From: Azolla caroliniana
Lineage: Eukaryota; Plantae; Polypodiophyta
NCBI GenBank assembly: GCA_043228905.1
Contig: JBHGNT010000001.1
Location: 14,198,001 to 14,262,000 of the forward strand
Direction: 5' to 3'
Length of the DNA: 64,000 bases
How positions within the stretch are numbered: the stretch's first letter is position 1; each line of letters opens with the position of its first letter. The notes beneath the pieces are model-generated. The model was not told the DNA's origin, made no database searches, and saw only the letters and a list, made by a program, of their open reading frames with translations. The position numbers and the translations under genes were made by a program. This document shows, piece after piece, positions 1 through 13,184 of the stretch.

Positions 1-3000
1 GGACTGGTTCCATCATCGATGGAAGCTCACTAGTCATTGTGTCATTGTCGATTTGTTGGTTTTGTCGTTGCTATGTTTCTTGGAACGGGTTCTTAGGCAT
101 CTGTCCTTTGTACAGTTTTAGCCAGAACACGTTAACCCATTTTTTTAGTATCTCGCTAGCCAGCGTGCCAAGTTGGTAAGAGCCGTTGAACTCCTTTGTA
201 ATCCAAAATGATCCGGTCCACCCGAACTGCAGCTTCCTCGGCATGTTGCCCATCCCGGTTTGGAATACCAATAGCGGCCTACCAATACCGAATTCCTTCT
301 CATTGTCGTGCCTATGCCGGTCCAGAAAAGCTCCAATTGCAACAGCCCCAATTGCAATAGCTAGCTATCCAGTGCTCCTCTAATTCGCACAGTGTTGCCA
401 ACCGGATATTTTCGAATTCCTTTTCACTCAATTGCTCCCGGACATGGATTTGTAAGTTGGGAATCTGGAACTCCATAAGCATGACGGCCTCTAGCCCTAA
501 TGCCAATCGGAACGGTGTCGTCCAAATCCTCGTTTTATACGTCATTCAATAAGCCCATAATGCATTGTGTAATTTGGTGTCCCAGTCCGTCCGGTTTTCA
601 TTTACAATTTTTTGGAGAATGTTCTAGAGGGTCTTGTTCATTGATTCTGACAATCCGTTTGCTTGTGGGTAGTATGGCGTACTGCATTTATGAACTACCG
701 CACAGAATGTTGTTAGGCTTTCCACAACGTGACCTAGGAAATATCTACCCTAGTCGTTGATCAGCTCGATTGGACATCCGTACCGGCACCATATATACTC
801 ATACAGAAATTTTGTGATCGATGGCGCGGTGTTGACCTAGAGCGCTTTTGCTTCCACCTATTTTGTACAATAGTTAGGGGCTACAATGATGTACTGGTTT
901 CTTGAAACAGTTCTAATGGCAACAACGGTTGATGGGGCATCTGGGCTTGTTCTGTTGGTTGGCCCAACCGTTGGCAGAGATCACACTCTTTACAATACCG
1001 AACTGCATCCTTGAGGTTTGTCAGCCAGCATCGCCCGTTGCACCAAATTTTCCGGGCGGTAGCGCCCCGGCATAATGCCCATCGGCAACTCCACAATGGG
1101 CCTCCCGTAGGATCGCTCCCTTTTCATCACTTCTTACCGTGTGGTACAATGTATCCTGTATCAAACGAAAATGGCGACTTTAGATTGCCCAGCGTTTCCG
1201 TTCGTCCCGACTCAGCTCTTCTAGAGGCAGTCTAGTTATCAGGAACTGATGCATGTCAGTGAGCCATTTATCCTCACCGTCCACTATCTCATCTACCACC
1301 GTTTCCATGGTAACCTTGAATAGCTTGGCATCCGAGAACTCATCTCTCACTCCATCCCCTGCTTCTCCGGATTCCAATTGGCTCAAGTAGTCTGCCACCA
1401 CGTGTTGTACTCCCGGTCAATGGTGTATCTCGAACTCGAACTCCTACAATAGTAGTGTCCACCTTGCTAATTTTCCGGTTAATGACTCCTTGAATACCAG
1501 AAGGATCAGTGTTGAGTGGTTCACATGGATTCAAACCTTGTGTCCTAATAGATAGTGGCGGTACTTGGTGACGTTGTACACCATCCCTAGGGCTTGTCTC
1601 TCCATTGTCGAGTAATTCCGTTCGGCTTTCGAGAGTTTCTGGCTTGCATAATACACCAGTCGGTACCACTTTGGTTTGGTAAGCTGCATGAGAACACTCC
1701 CAATTGCTATCTCTGATGCGTCCACGAACACATGAAAATCTTTCATCCAATCCGGAAGTTGCACCACCGGAGCTTGTTACAACATCACCTTTAACACTTG
1801 ATACGCTTTTTCTTCTTGCTCCATCCATTGAAAGGGTATGCGGTGCGCGACTGCATGTAATGGAGTTGCAAAGTCTGCTAAGTATCGGAGCATCCGATTG
1901 TGCCACCAGATCTGACCTAAGAACCGGCTCAATGCTTTGGCATTAGTCGATGTTGGTGCTTATAAGATGGCTTTTACCTTGTCTGGGTCAACCACAATTC
2001 CATCCCTGTTGACGATGTCTCCGAGTAGTGCTCTGCTTGTTACCCCAAAAACACATTTTGCCAGATTCAAGCTTAGTCAAAATCCCCGGCACTAGATGTT
2101 CTTCCTAGATGTTCTTCCTAGATGTTCTTCCTAGATGTTCTTCCTAGATGTTCTAGATGTTCTTCCTTCTGGCTATAGACTGCAAAATCGTCCAAAAAGA
2201 TCTGCATAAATGTTGGAATGTATTTCCATGATAATCCTCTGGAATGTCGCTAGTGCCCTCTTAAGTCCGAACATCAAAAACACATTTTGTCGGATTCAAG
2301 CTTAGTCGAAATCCCAGACACTTGGCCAAACACATCCAGAGATGGTCTAGATGTTCTTCCTTCCGTCTATAGACTGCAAAATCGTCCAAAAAGAACTCAA
2401 TAAACGCCAGAATGTATTCCCCGAATATTTCCATGATAATCCTCTGGAATGTCACCGGTGTCGTTTTAAGTCCGAACATCATAACCACCGCGGCGAACAC
2501 TCCCCATTCCAAGACAAACGTCGTCTTTTCCTAATTCGCCGAGTGCATCCGAATTTGATTGTATGCGCTAAACCCGTCCAAGAAATTGTATATTCATGAC
2601 CAGCTACCGCATCTAACACCCCACGCGTGAATGGTAGCGGAAACGTGTCTATCACCGTAGCGGCATTAAGCTTTCGGTAGTCAACACAAACTCGAACCTT
2701 CCCATTTTTCTTTTGTACGAAGACTATCGAGCTCAGCCATGTCACTCGTTTTACTGGTCGGATAAAACCGACTCTTAGCAGCTTATCAATTTCTTCTTTA
2801 ACTTTTGCCGCATAGTTTGGGTTCATCCGGTAACATCGTTGCGCTACCATCTTCGTGTCCTTGCTAAGGTGGATGTGTGTTGGTACAGTTGGGGATCCAA
2901 TCCTCACATATCCTCGTATGACTAGGCGAACACGTCTCGAAATTCTTTGAGAAGTTCAATCATTTCCGTTTTCTCTTCCCGTGGCAATTCCTTTGCCACG

Positions 3001-3297
3001 TTCACCAGTTTCGGCACTTCATCAGTCCCGAGGTCCACCTCTTCTAGCTGGGATGCCTTCACTCTTTGAGATACAACCATTTTCTACTCTAGTGATTCCT
3101 ATGTTGGCCGCAGTTCCTGGATCGCCTCTGGATCCAGCTTATCAAATTCTCCATCGCGGTATGTGACATATGGTGTGACAGCTTCGGCAACATCCACTTC
3201 AAATAACGATATGATCTTCAGATGTTTTTCCAAGCATCGATCAACTCCTTGGAAAGAAATTATGTGTTTCTGCCAATTTTGCTTAATATGCACCATG
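1..3297 (-). mobile_element. Degenerate Ty3/gypsy pol remnant (RT-RNaseH-integrase), non-chromovirus type
   Basis: Minus-strand fragments in gypsy order: RT (MNPNYAAKVKEEIDKLLRVGFIRPV, RVCVDYRKLN, MFGLK, FLDDF; 2261-2907), RNaseH (FHVFVDAS, YYASQKLSKAERNYST; 1531-1767), integrase (CKECDLCQR; TPFRLALGLEAV; 312-1096). Many stops and frameshifts; no LTR seen. Confidence 0.9.
2046..2456. repeat. Diverged ~0.2 kb tandem duplication of an RT segment, one copy carrying a 13-bp minisatellite
   Basis: CAAAAACACATTTTG...GATTCAAGCTTAGTC...CCATGATAATCCTCTGGAATGTC occurs at ~2046 and ~2275; about five copies of CTAGATGTTCTTC at 2092-2166. Confidence 0.85.
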
Positions 3298-3908
3298 TTC
3301 CAATGAGGAGCAATGCCTCAGAAAGCCACATGCTCTACACACATTTGAACGGAGGAAGAGGACGTGACCGAGCAAGAGGCCGATTCGGCCAAGGACGAGG
3401 CAGACGAGGTCCAACTTACGAAAACAACTCCCAATTTCGGCAACAAGACGGAAGCCATCGAGGAACCTTCGGAAGAAGGTGGAGCTTCCATTCCGGTTCG
3501 AGAAGACAAACCTCGATCGAACGTGGATATTGCGGCAAAATCGGCCACCACGAAGAAGAGTGTTGAAAGAAGAAGTGTGAATCGGCTTCCACAAGCTGAC
3601 AACTCACAAATTACGCCACAAACTCCGACTATGAAGACCATGGCAGAATGTTTGTGATGAGACAGAGCAAATTCTATGTCGGCCTCCACTTCAACCTAAT
3701 GCCTTCAATCCGGAAGATGTATGGTTCGTCAATTGAAGTGCTTCGAACCATATGACATCTCATCAAGAATGGTTCCAAGACTTACGAGAGCCAGATCGAC
3801 CCGGCTATGTCGAAACCGAAGACGACACCACTCATTCGATTCGGCATGTCGGTAGTGTTCCATTCGGGAAAGAAGGTGAACAAACTTGTATCAAAAATGT
3901 CTTGTATG

Positions 3909-4530
3909 TGATGACAAGAACGATGTGGAATAATCTTCGGCCACAACCGAGACTTAGATCACTTCGATGATAATCAAACACAGAAAGATAAGAAATAGAA
4001 GTAGTTACACATACATAAGAGAATGCACAGGATGTTAACGTAGAAAACCCTAAACGGGAAAAACCACGGGAGTCCTCAAACTCCAACTATCATTATATAG
4101 AGAGGAATACAACAGATGAACACAGAGGCCACGACCTCTTGCTCTCAATCTTCGCCTGGCGGCGGTTACAACTGAGACTCACACACACACACTCTCTCTC
4201 TCTCTCCTTCTTTTGTTACACTTTGTACAACAGTTACACCAATTACTCTATACAAAATAATGACTACACAATGATACACACACACTCAAGAGTTTGCCCT
4301 AGGTCATATTTATACTAATATGACTTTCGGGCTATTTACAAATATAGCCCCATTGGGCTCTCTGGAACATATTTACATATATGTCCCTTCATCCAATGAG
4401 AGGTCCTCACCGGGCCTGCACCATCCGATTCTCACCGGGTCTTCCTTGCCGGGTACTCATCATCCGGTTCTCACCGGGTCTTCCGTTGCCAGGTACTCAA
4501 ATCCCATCCGGAGGGACCGAAATCCTAACA
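3909..4530 (-). repeat. 3' LTR of copia J
   Basis: TG...AACA, direct repeat of 8461-9100; contains CA/CT microsatellites and ~39-bp CATCCGGTTCTCACCGGGTCTTCC repeats. Confidence 0.93.
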
Positions 4531-7500
4531 AACGCCCCCTGCACTCCGACATGGGATGCCTCGTCAATCCGATCCGCTTCCGTCATGCGTCCAACTTGTC
4601 GGGTGCCATCACCTTGGTCAGCATATCCGACCCATTCTCCTCCGTGTGGATCTTCGTCAACACGAACTCTCAGTCTTCTACCCACTCCCGGATCAAGTGG
4701 TACCTCCGCTGGATGTGCTTCGTTCTGGAATGATACGCCGCATTCTTCGCAAGGTGGATGGCACTTTGACTGTCGCAATAGAGCCGATATTCCTCTTGTC
4801 GGATCCCTAGCTCTCCGATGAAGTCCTTCATCCATAATATTTCCTTGCCGGCTTCCACGGCTACCATGTACTCCGCCTCTGTGGTTGACAACACAACCAT
4901 CTTCTGTAGCCTCGACTACTACGAAACACTCCCCCTGCATATGTCATGATGTATCCCGATGTTAACCGGCTGGTACCCACATCAGTCAACATATCTGAAT
5001 CCGTGAAACCGTCAAGCTGGGGTTTACCGAAGCCGAATCGGAGGCACATACTTGAGGTGCCTTTCAAGTACCGGAGTATCCATTTTACATCATTCCAGTG
5101 CTCCTTGCCGGGATTACTCATAAAGTGGCTCACCACTCTGACTGCATATCCGATATCCGGTCAGGTACACACCATTGCGTACATTAACCTCTCGACGGCA
5201 GAGGCATATGGTATCTTCATCATATCCGCCTTCTCTACCTTCATCTTCGGGCTTTGCTTACCGAATAACCTGCAGTTTGCCGAGAGTGTCGATCCGACCG
5301 ATTTCGCATCTGACACGTTGAACCGTTGAAGCACCTTTGTCATGTACTTCTCCTGTGACAGCCACATTTGCTTCTTTGACCGGTCCCGGATGATGTGCAT
5401 CCCCAGTATCTGTCTTGCCGAACCCAAGTCTTTCATTGAGAAGGTCAAGTTCAGAGCCTTCTTCAGCATCCGTATCTTCACTTGGTCTCGTCCGACAATC
5501 AACATGTCGTCCACATACAGGACGAGTATTAGGAAGTCTCCACCTTCAAACTTCTTCACAAGCATGCAATGATCGGCCTGCGTCTTGTGGTATCCTTGAT
5601 CCGTCATGAAGGAGTCGAACTTCCGGTACCATTTCCGGGGGGGGGGGGGAGCCTGTTTCAAACCGTAGAGACTCTTCTTCAACTGGCAAACCAGGTGCTC
5701 CTTCCCCTTCTTCACAAATCCTTCCGATTGCTGCATGTAGATCTCCTCTTCGAGGTCCCCATGGAGGAACGCCGTCTTCACATCTAACTGCTCTACCTTG
5801 AGGTCCATGCTTGTTGTTATGCTTAGCACCGTCCGGATGGAAGTCATATTTACTACCGGGACAAATATCTCGTCGAAGTCCACGGCCTTCTTCTGCTAGA
5901 ACCCCTTCAACACGATCCTGGCTTTGTATCTTGGGGGGTTGCCGGCATCTCCTGGTTTCAACTTGTACACCCACTTATTCCGGAGTGCCCTCTTTCCTTT
6001 CGGCAACTCCACCAATTCGTACATGTGGTTCTCATGCAGGGAATCCATCTCGTCCTACATGGCACTCAACCACTTGTGGTTGTGGGTGTCCTCCTTTGCT
6101 TCTTCGAAGCTTTCTGGCTCCCCCTCATCGGTTAGCAACACATGCTCTACATCCAGAAATCTCCGGGGGGCTCTTCTTTCTCTGAGAGGATATCTCCGTC
6201 TTTGGTTTTCGGCAACCGGCTCCTCTATTTGTTCTGATTCGTCTTCTTCTTCTTCTTCTTCTTCTTCCGGTCCGGTATCCTCACCGTAATCAGCCAGTTC
6301 TTCGAGTGTTAACCAGCTCTTTGCCGGTTGGGTCTGCACATCATCGAATTGATTCTTACCGGTCGACTCAGAGTTCATTATCTTCTTCTCCGACTCCCAG
6401 TCGGCAAGGGTCTTGTCCTCCATGCAGATAATATCACGACTCCGGAAAACCTTTCTGTCGACCGGATCCCACACTCGGTAGCTAAACTCATCATCGCTGT
6501 ATCCGAGGAATATGTAAGGCTAGGACTTTGAATCCAACTTTTCTCTCCGGTCCTTTGCAACATGCACGTAAGCGAGACACCCGAACACCTTCAGATGCCG
6601 GTAAGACACTTCCTTACTCATCCACACTTTCTACGACGTGTCTCCGTCCAAATGCACTGAGGGTTATCTGTTTATCACGTACGTCGCTGTCGACAATGCC
6701 TTAGCCCAAAATGTCTTGGGTAGCTTAGCATGTGCTAGAATACTCCGGACCCTCTCCATTATAGTTCGGTTCATCCTCTCAGCCAACCCGTTTAGTTACG
6801 GTATATTGGAGCTGGATTCCGTTCGAGCGGCAATACTCCTCAAACTGCCCCCGGTATTCTCCTCTGTTATCTACTCAAACCACCTTTAGCTTCCGGCCGG
6901 TTTCTCTTTCCACTCTCGCGTGGAGCTCCTTGAAGACGGATAACACCCGATCCTTCATCTTCAACGGTGTGGCCCACAGATTCTAGTGGTGCATTACGTC
7001 TCATCGGTGGCCTTGATCGGAAGGAGGTCCGGTTTTGCTTATCGGCCAGGCAGTCGGTGCACCTCTCAAGATGCACGTCCTTCACCAGAATGAGATTGTC
7101 ATCGGCAAGCCTCCTCATCCCCTTCTCGCTCATGTGACACAGTCTCTTGTGCCAGAGCTCACCGATAGTGTCGGATGCCACGTTCACTTCTTCCGGGCAT
7201 AACCGGGCATTCATCAGGTACAACGTGTTGACTTTCCGGGCCCGAGCCACTATCAGACTCCCCTTGCTGAACTTCATGACACCGTTCCGGATGCTACCCG
7301 TGTAGCCTTCATCATCTAGTCGACCGGCTGATATCAAGTTCAGTCGAACCTTCGAAACGTGTCGGACATCCTTCAACAACAACATGCATCCGGTTGGTGT
7401 TGTCAGCCACATGTCTCCTATGCCGACAATTCGGCATGTACCTTCATTCCCCATCCGGACACAACCGTGCTCACTGGCTATGTAGGATGAGAAGCATTTC

Positions 7501-8460
7501 CGGTCTGGGACACCCCACGTTGTCTCGTCGCAGGCAAGGTTCAACTCACTCTCCTCGTTGATGAGCATCAACTCCTCTTCACTTGCCACGATTGCCATCG
7601 TTCCCTTCCGGTCTGGTCCCCTCTGGTCCTTACCGTTACGGTCCGGTGACCGCTTCGAATTAGTACTGTTGGTTTCCTTTTCTTTTCGGAAATGCCGACA
7701 ATTCTTTTGGAAGTACCCCGGCTTGCTGCAATAGAAGCAAGTGGGCCTCCCCCTTGACTTTGACCGTGTCCCCGACTTTTCCTAGTTTTGGGGACTACGG
7801 TCCCTTTGTCTTCCATGTTCTGATTCAGTAAAGAGCGCTTTGGAGTCGGAGCTCGTATTCTTGTCTTTCCGACGCGCCTCCTCATCTAGCAAGCTCGACT
7901 TGACTCTTGCTAGGGACAGTTGCTTCCCTTCTGGCCCGGCATTACCCAAAGTGACAACCAACGTCTCCGAGCTATCTAGGAGGGAACCGAGCAAGAGTAG
8001 TGTTAGTACCTAATTGGCGAGAGGTGCTTCCAATGATGTTGCATGGTGAATCAGCCCCTGGAAGGCATTCATGTGCTCCGCCATGCTGGAGCCATCATGG
8101 TACCGGAGCCGCACTAGCTTCCGGAATACCGAAACCCGATTAACAACATTTTTGTTCTAGAACATAATACCGGTCTTCTCCCAGAGCTCATGAGCCTTAC
8201 TCTCCTCATTAAAGTTGTTGTACAGGATCATGTTGATGAAACACCGTATGTACGTCGTTGTCTTCATGTGCATCACCTCCCATATCGTGGCATCGATCTT
8301 GTCTGGTCTCTTGTTCCCGAACTGAACCGGCAACCAAAGATCTTTAACCACGAGCATGTCCCTCATCTTTGACTTCCACACTGAGTAGTTGGAGCTGGTG
8401 AGCTTGAACATGCCTCCCAATGAATCTTCCATTTTACTGTGTCATTTCGCTCTTATACCA

Positions 8461-8728
8461 GATGACAAGAACTATGCGGAATAATCTTCGGTCACAACCG
8501 AGACTTAGATCACTTCGATGATAATCAAACACAGAAAGATAAGAAATGGAAGTAGGTACACAGACAGAAGAGAATGCACAGGATGTTAACGTGGAAAACC
8601 ACCTGAACGGGAAAAACCACGGGAGTCCCCAAACTCCAACTATCATTATGTAGAGAGTAATACAAAAGATGAACACAGAGGCCACGACCTCTTGCTCTCA
8701 ATCTTCGCCCGGCGGCGGTTACAACAGA

Positions 8729-8779
<51 letters not shown>

Positions 8780-9100
8780 CTTTTGCTATGCTTTGTTTAG
8801 CAATTACACCAATTACTCTATACAAAATAATGACTACACAATGATACACACACACTCAAGAGTTTGCCCTAGGTCATATTTATACTAATATGACTTTCGG
8901 GCTATTTACAAATATAGCCCCAATGGGCTCTCTGGAACATATTTACATATATGTCCCTTCATCCGGTGAGAGGTTCTCACCAGGCTTGCATCATCCGATT
9001 CTCATCCGGTCTTCCTTGCTAAGTACTCATCATCCGGTTCTCACCGGGTCTTCCGTTGCCGGGTACTCATATCCCATCCGGAGGGACCGAAATCCTAATA
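8461..9100 (-). repeat. 5' LTR of copia J
   Basis: Direct repeat of 3909-4530, adjacent to the PBS, with a longer (CT)n tract. Confidence 0.93.
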
Positions 9101-12100
9101 GCATGTACCCACCATAACAAAGAATTTGGCTCGGTCGGCCAAATTGTGGAGCAAGGGATACAAGTTTGATTAAACCAAGGTGGTTGCTTCATCGAGAAGG
9201 AAGGCCGACTAATTGCTCGTGGTCAAAGGGAAGGCCGAATGTTTATCCTCGAAGCAAACGAGGAAAAATTGGCAATGTTTGCAAAGGGCCTCAAACTCGA
9301 CACCGACATATAGCTATGGCATAAAAGAAGCGGCCATATCAATCTCAACAAACTCAAGGCAATGCAATCGAAAGGAGATTGAAGGAGTCTATGAAGCCTC
9401 CCAATTCGGCAAGCAACATCGGCACCCGTTCCCGAAGGAGAGGAACGTGAGCAAAGGCCTATTGGACGTAGCCCACTCGGATGTGTGGGGACTGGCACAG
9501 ACAGCCATTTTCGGAGGATGTCGGTACTATGTTACCTTCATCGACGACTTCTCTATATAAACATGGATCTTTCCCATGAGAATGAAGAGCGAAGTGTTTT
9601 CACACTTCCAAAATTTCAAAAGCGAAGTCGAAAAGACAATCGGCCGCCATGTACGATGTCTTCGGTCGGGCAGACGAAAGGAATACTTCTTCCATGCATT
9701 CACGGCATACCTTAGACAAGAAGGAATTCAGCGAGAATTCACTTGCCGTCACACACCGTAACAGAACAGTGTAGCCGAATGCAAGAATCGGCAAGTAGCG
9801 AGGGCCATGCTAAATGAGAAGCATATGCCCAAGTCATATTGGGTAGAAGCTGGAAATACCATCGTCTACCTCATGAACCGGTGCACAACATCCGGAGTGC
9901 ACGAGGTCACCCCGCACGAGAAATACTATGGGAAGAAGCCGAATCTATATCCCATATAAGGATATTCAGCTCCATTGCAAACGTGCACATTCCCGATGAG
10001 AAGCGGTAGATGCTTGACCCAAAATCAGAGAAGTGCATCCTCGTGGGGTACTCACTAGAGGTACAAGTGCTTTAACCCCTCTACTCGGAAGGCTTGTGTA
10101 ATTCGGGATGTCATCTTTGAGGAATCGACATCATGGTACAAACCCGAGCCGACTCCTCCTGAACCATCTATGAACAACCTCGACAACACAGAAGACGATG
10201 ATCAACTAAGGTCAATGCTTGAAGAGAGTTCAATCTCAACTAGATTGAGCGAACCACAAAAGCGTCCGAGCAACCAAAGCACATCTCGACCAAGTCCAAA
10301 AATGGAAAAGGGGAAGGCCAAAATGCTAGAATATGAAGACGATCACTTTGACGGCAACTAATCGACTCACTCACTCGATAGTGAGTTTGATGTATTTGAT
10401 GTGCCTCTTATGAGGTCACTCGGAGTTAAGAAAGCTCTCATATCAACAAATGAGAAACTTCGTCACTCCACCCAAGAGAAGAATCCGGTTAGCCGATTTG
10501 GCTACAGCGACTATATGGCATACCACTATGCCTTTATGATGAAGGTGGCAGCAGTTCGAGAACCGGAGAGTTTTGCCCAAGCCGCTAAAGATCCACGATG
10601 GGTCCAAGCGATGAACGAGGAGATGCAAGCTCTCAACAAGAATGAGACATGGGATCTCGTCCCTCACTAACCACACAAGAAGGCAATCGGTTGCGGATGG
10701 ATATACAAAGTGAAGTATAATGCCGATGGTTCCGTCAATCGCTACAAAGCTTGACTCGTAGCAAAGGGCTACGCACAAACACAAGGAGTCGACTATGAAG
10801 AGACCTTTGTCCCGGTGGCAAAGATGACAAGCGTGCGGACCATGATAGCGCTTGCTACAGCGAAAGGGTGGCACCTCCACCAGATGGATGTCAAGAATGC
10901 CTTTCTTCAATGCGAATTAGAAGAGGAGGTGTACATGGTACCACCACCCGGCTTCAAATCTAACATTCATCTGAAAGTCGTATGCCAACTCAAGAAGCCT
11001 CTCTATGGCCTTAAGCAAGCACCACGTGCTTGGCACTCGAAGATAACACAATATCTTCATCGAATCAGCTTCCGAATGTCAAAATCCGACAACTCTCTCT
11101 ATGTAAGAAGTGATTCCGAAAGTCTGATTGTCATCATCTTATACGTGGATGATCTGGTCATTGGAGGTGAACATCTAGTAGACATCAACAAGGTCAAGTC
11201 CCTCCTCTCTAGCAAATTCGAGATGATGGACATGAAAGAGCTCCATTACTTCCTTGGCATTGAGGTAATCCGGACTCCAACCGAAATAATGATCTCTCAA
11301 CGACACTACATCCTCAACTTGTTATACAAGTTCGGGATGACCGAGTACAAATCTATGGCAACCCCTCTCGATCAAAACCTCAAACTGGATACCGACTCTG
11401 GCACCATAGAGTATGAGCCGACTCAATATTGACAACTGATCCAGAGCCTCATCTACCTCACGATCACTCGACCCGACCTGAGCTATCCGGTCGGCCTCCT
11501 TAGCCAATTCATGCAAACTCCACGAGATATCCATTCCGATTGTGCTAAGTGAGTGCTACGATACGCGAGTGGATTGATGGACTATGGCATTCTCTATAAG
11601 TCGGCCACGCCAATTCATCTCAAAGGGTAGACAGATGCTTATTGGGCTGGCTACAAAGTCGATCGACAATCAACCTCTATTTTCATCTTCTCCCTCGAAA
11701 GTGGAGCCATCTCCTGGAGTAGCAAGAAGCAACCAATCGTCACTCTTTCGAGCACAGAGGCCGAATACAGGGGTGCAGCGGTGGCTGCATGTGAAGCGGT
11801 ATGGCTCAAATGGATATAGAAGTATCTGGGCATTCCCATCAAAGATCCGATTCCCCTTTACTGCGACAACATGAGCAATATTCATTTGGCTTGGAACCTG
11901 GTGTTCCACGGACGCACGAAGCATATCGAAGTGCACTATCACTTCATTCGAGAGTACATTCAAGCTGGAGATGTCGACCTTCAACACATCACCATGAATC
12001 TTCAGATAGCCGACATCTTCACCAAAGCCCGAGGAGCCGACCAGCTTCGGCAATTCATGTGAAACCTTGGATTGATGATCCCTGGCTTTGTCAAGCTTGA

Positions 12101-12169
12101 GGGGCAATACGTCTGAAGCGGGTATCAATCGAAGCGGACAAGCCGACCAAAGTTGAGCTTGAGGGGGCG

Positions 12170-12582
12170 TGTTGAGAATCAAGCTCAACCTAGCCTAGTG
12201 TGAACACCCTTGAGAGTGTATGAACACTCAAAGGTCAAAAGTCACACCATTACTCTTTACACATTAACTATGTGTCATAGAATCATATTCTATGACACAT
12301 AACTAATGAGTTTCCACATTCCCCATGACTCATGAGCTTCGGCAGTTAATGAAGAGAGAGAGTGACTATATAAAGTACTCTCCTCCTACTTTGTAAGATG
12401 TCCGTTAATCTCCTTTGTAATATACATCTTCTTGAGTATTTTCTATTGTCCATTCTATCGATCTTGTTTTTTCTCTCCTCTTCTTTATCTCTCTCTTTCT
12501 CACACACACACATAACACACATCTCTAACCTATTCCGCTGCACAAAAATCATCATCGATTCTTCACACAATCTCTATCAACA
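12170..12582 (+). repeat. 3' LTR of copia D
   Basis: Starts TGTTGAG right after the PPT and contains TATATAAA at ~12368. End placed at ...TCAACA (inverted terminus); no partner LTR to confirm it. Confidence 0.65.
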
Positions 12583-13184
12583 AACAAGCTTTTCAAGTTG
12601 ACGTACACACACCAATGGAGAAGCACACTTGAAGGTTAATAAACAATCAAGTTGTTCAACCACATAATGTTGCATACATGTACAGAGAACAACTTGAACT
12701 ATTATTGGGCCATAGAACGTAGTATTTGCATTCTTCTACTCAAACATTCATTTTCATATGTTTGCCAATGAATGTGTATGTTATGAAAACATATTTATGT
12801 TTTCTTTTTATGTTTTAATTTATTTTTTCTCACTTTTTTACCTTAAAAAAAGTTTTATTTTAAAGTAAATAATGAATACAAAAGTACTTAGAGGGTGTTT
12901 ACCATACTCGAATGATCAAAAGATACTCAAATGCTAATGCACATATGGTTCATACTACATATGGTTTGGACAAAGTGGAAGCAATAGATTGTTGCTAAGA
13001 TACATGTGGGGAATACTTCTAATGACAAGGATGTGAGTAGCTAGAGACATAATGGCAGCTTATGGGTCAACATCAATTTGTAGTGGTTGACATGTCACAT
13101 ATATACATATGTACTCGGATGGAGCATGTGATGATTTTTTGGATCGTTTCTTTATGATATGGCCTCCATAAATGTTTTCTTTTA

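Larger units (their letters stand above)
3909..9100 (-). mobile_element. Full-length degenerate Ty1/copia element J nested in D
   Basis: LTRs 3909-4530 and ~8461-9100; TSD GTATG (3904-3908) / GCATG (9101-9105); PBS TGGTATAAGAGC (8449-8460, minus); PPT next to 4531. gag 8157-8432 (NYSVWKSKMRDML), LWHKRLCHMSEKG, RT 5161-5883 (QLDVKTAFLHG, LYVDDML), RNaseH (RTKHIQRRYH). Confidence 0.95.
3292..12582 (+). mobile_element. Ty1/copia element D (5'-truncated; gag end-PR-INT-RT-RNaseH-3'LTR), split by nested element J
   Basis: Zinc knuckle (YCGKIGHHEEEC) and protease at 3292-3908, resuming at 9101 (HVPTITKN). Integrase (HSDVWG, YYVTFIDDF), RT (HQMDVKNAFL, LYGLKQAPRAW, LYVDDL; 10815-11432), RNaseH (RTKHIEVHYHFIRE, ADIFTK). 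PPT GAGGGGGCG, then LTR from 12170. Confidence 0.92.

Noticed and set aside
5637-5649. G13 run giving PPPP in J reverse transcriptase
   Set aside because: Homopolymer slippage or sequencing error in a dead element.
8449-8460. Variant PBS TGGTATAAGAGC shared by J and I as evidence for a different primer tRNA
   Set aside because: It is one mismatch from the standard initiator-Met PBS, so tRNA-iMet priming remains the simplest reading.
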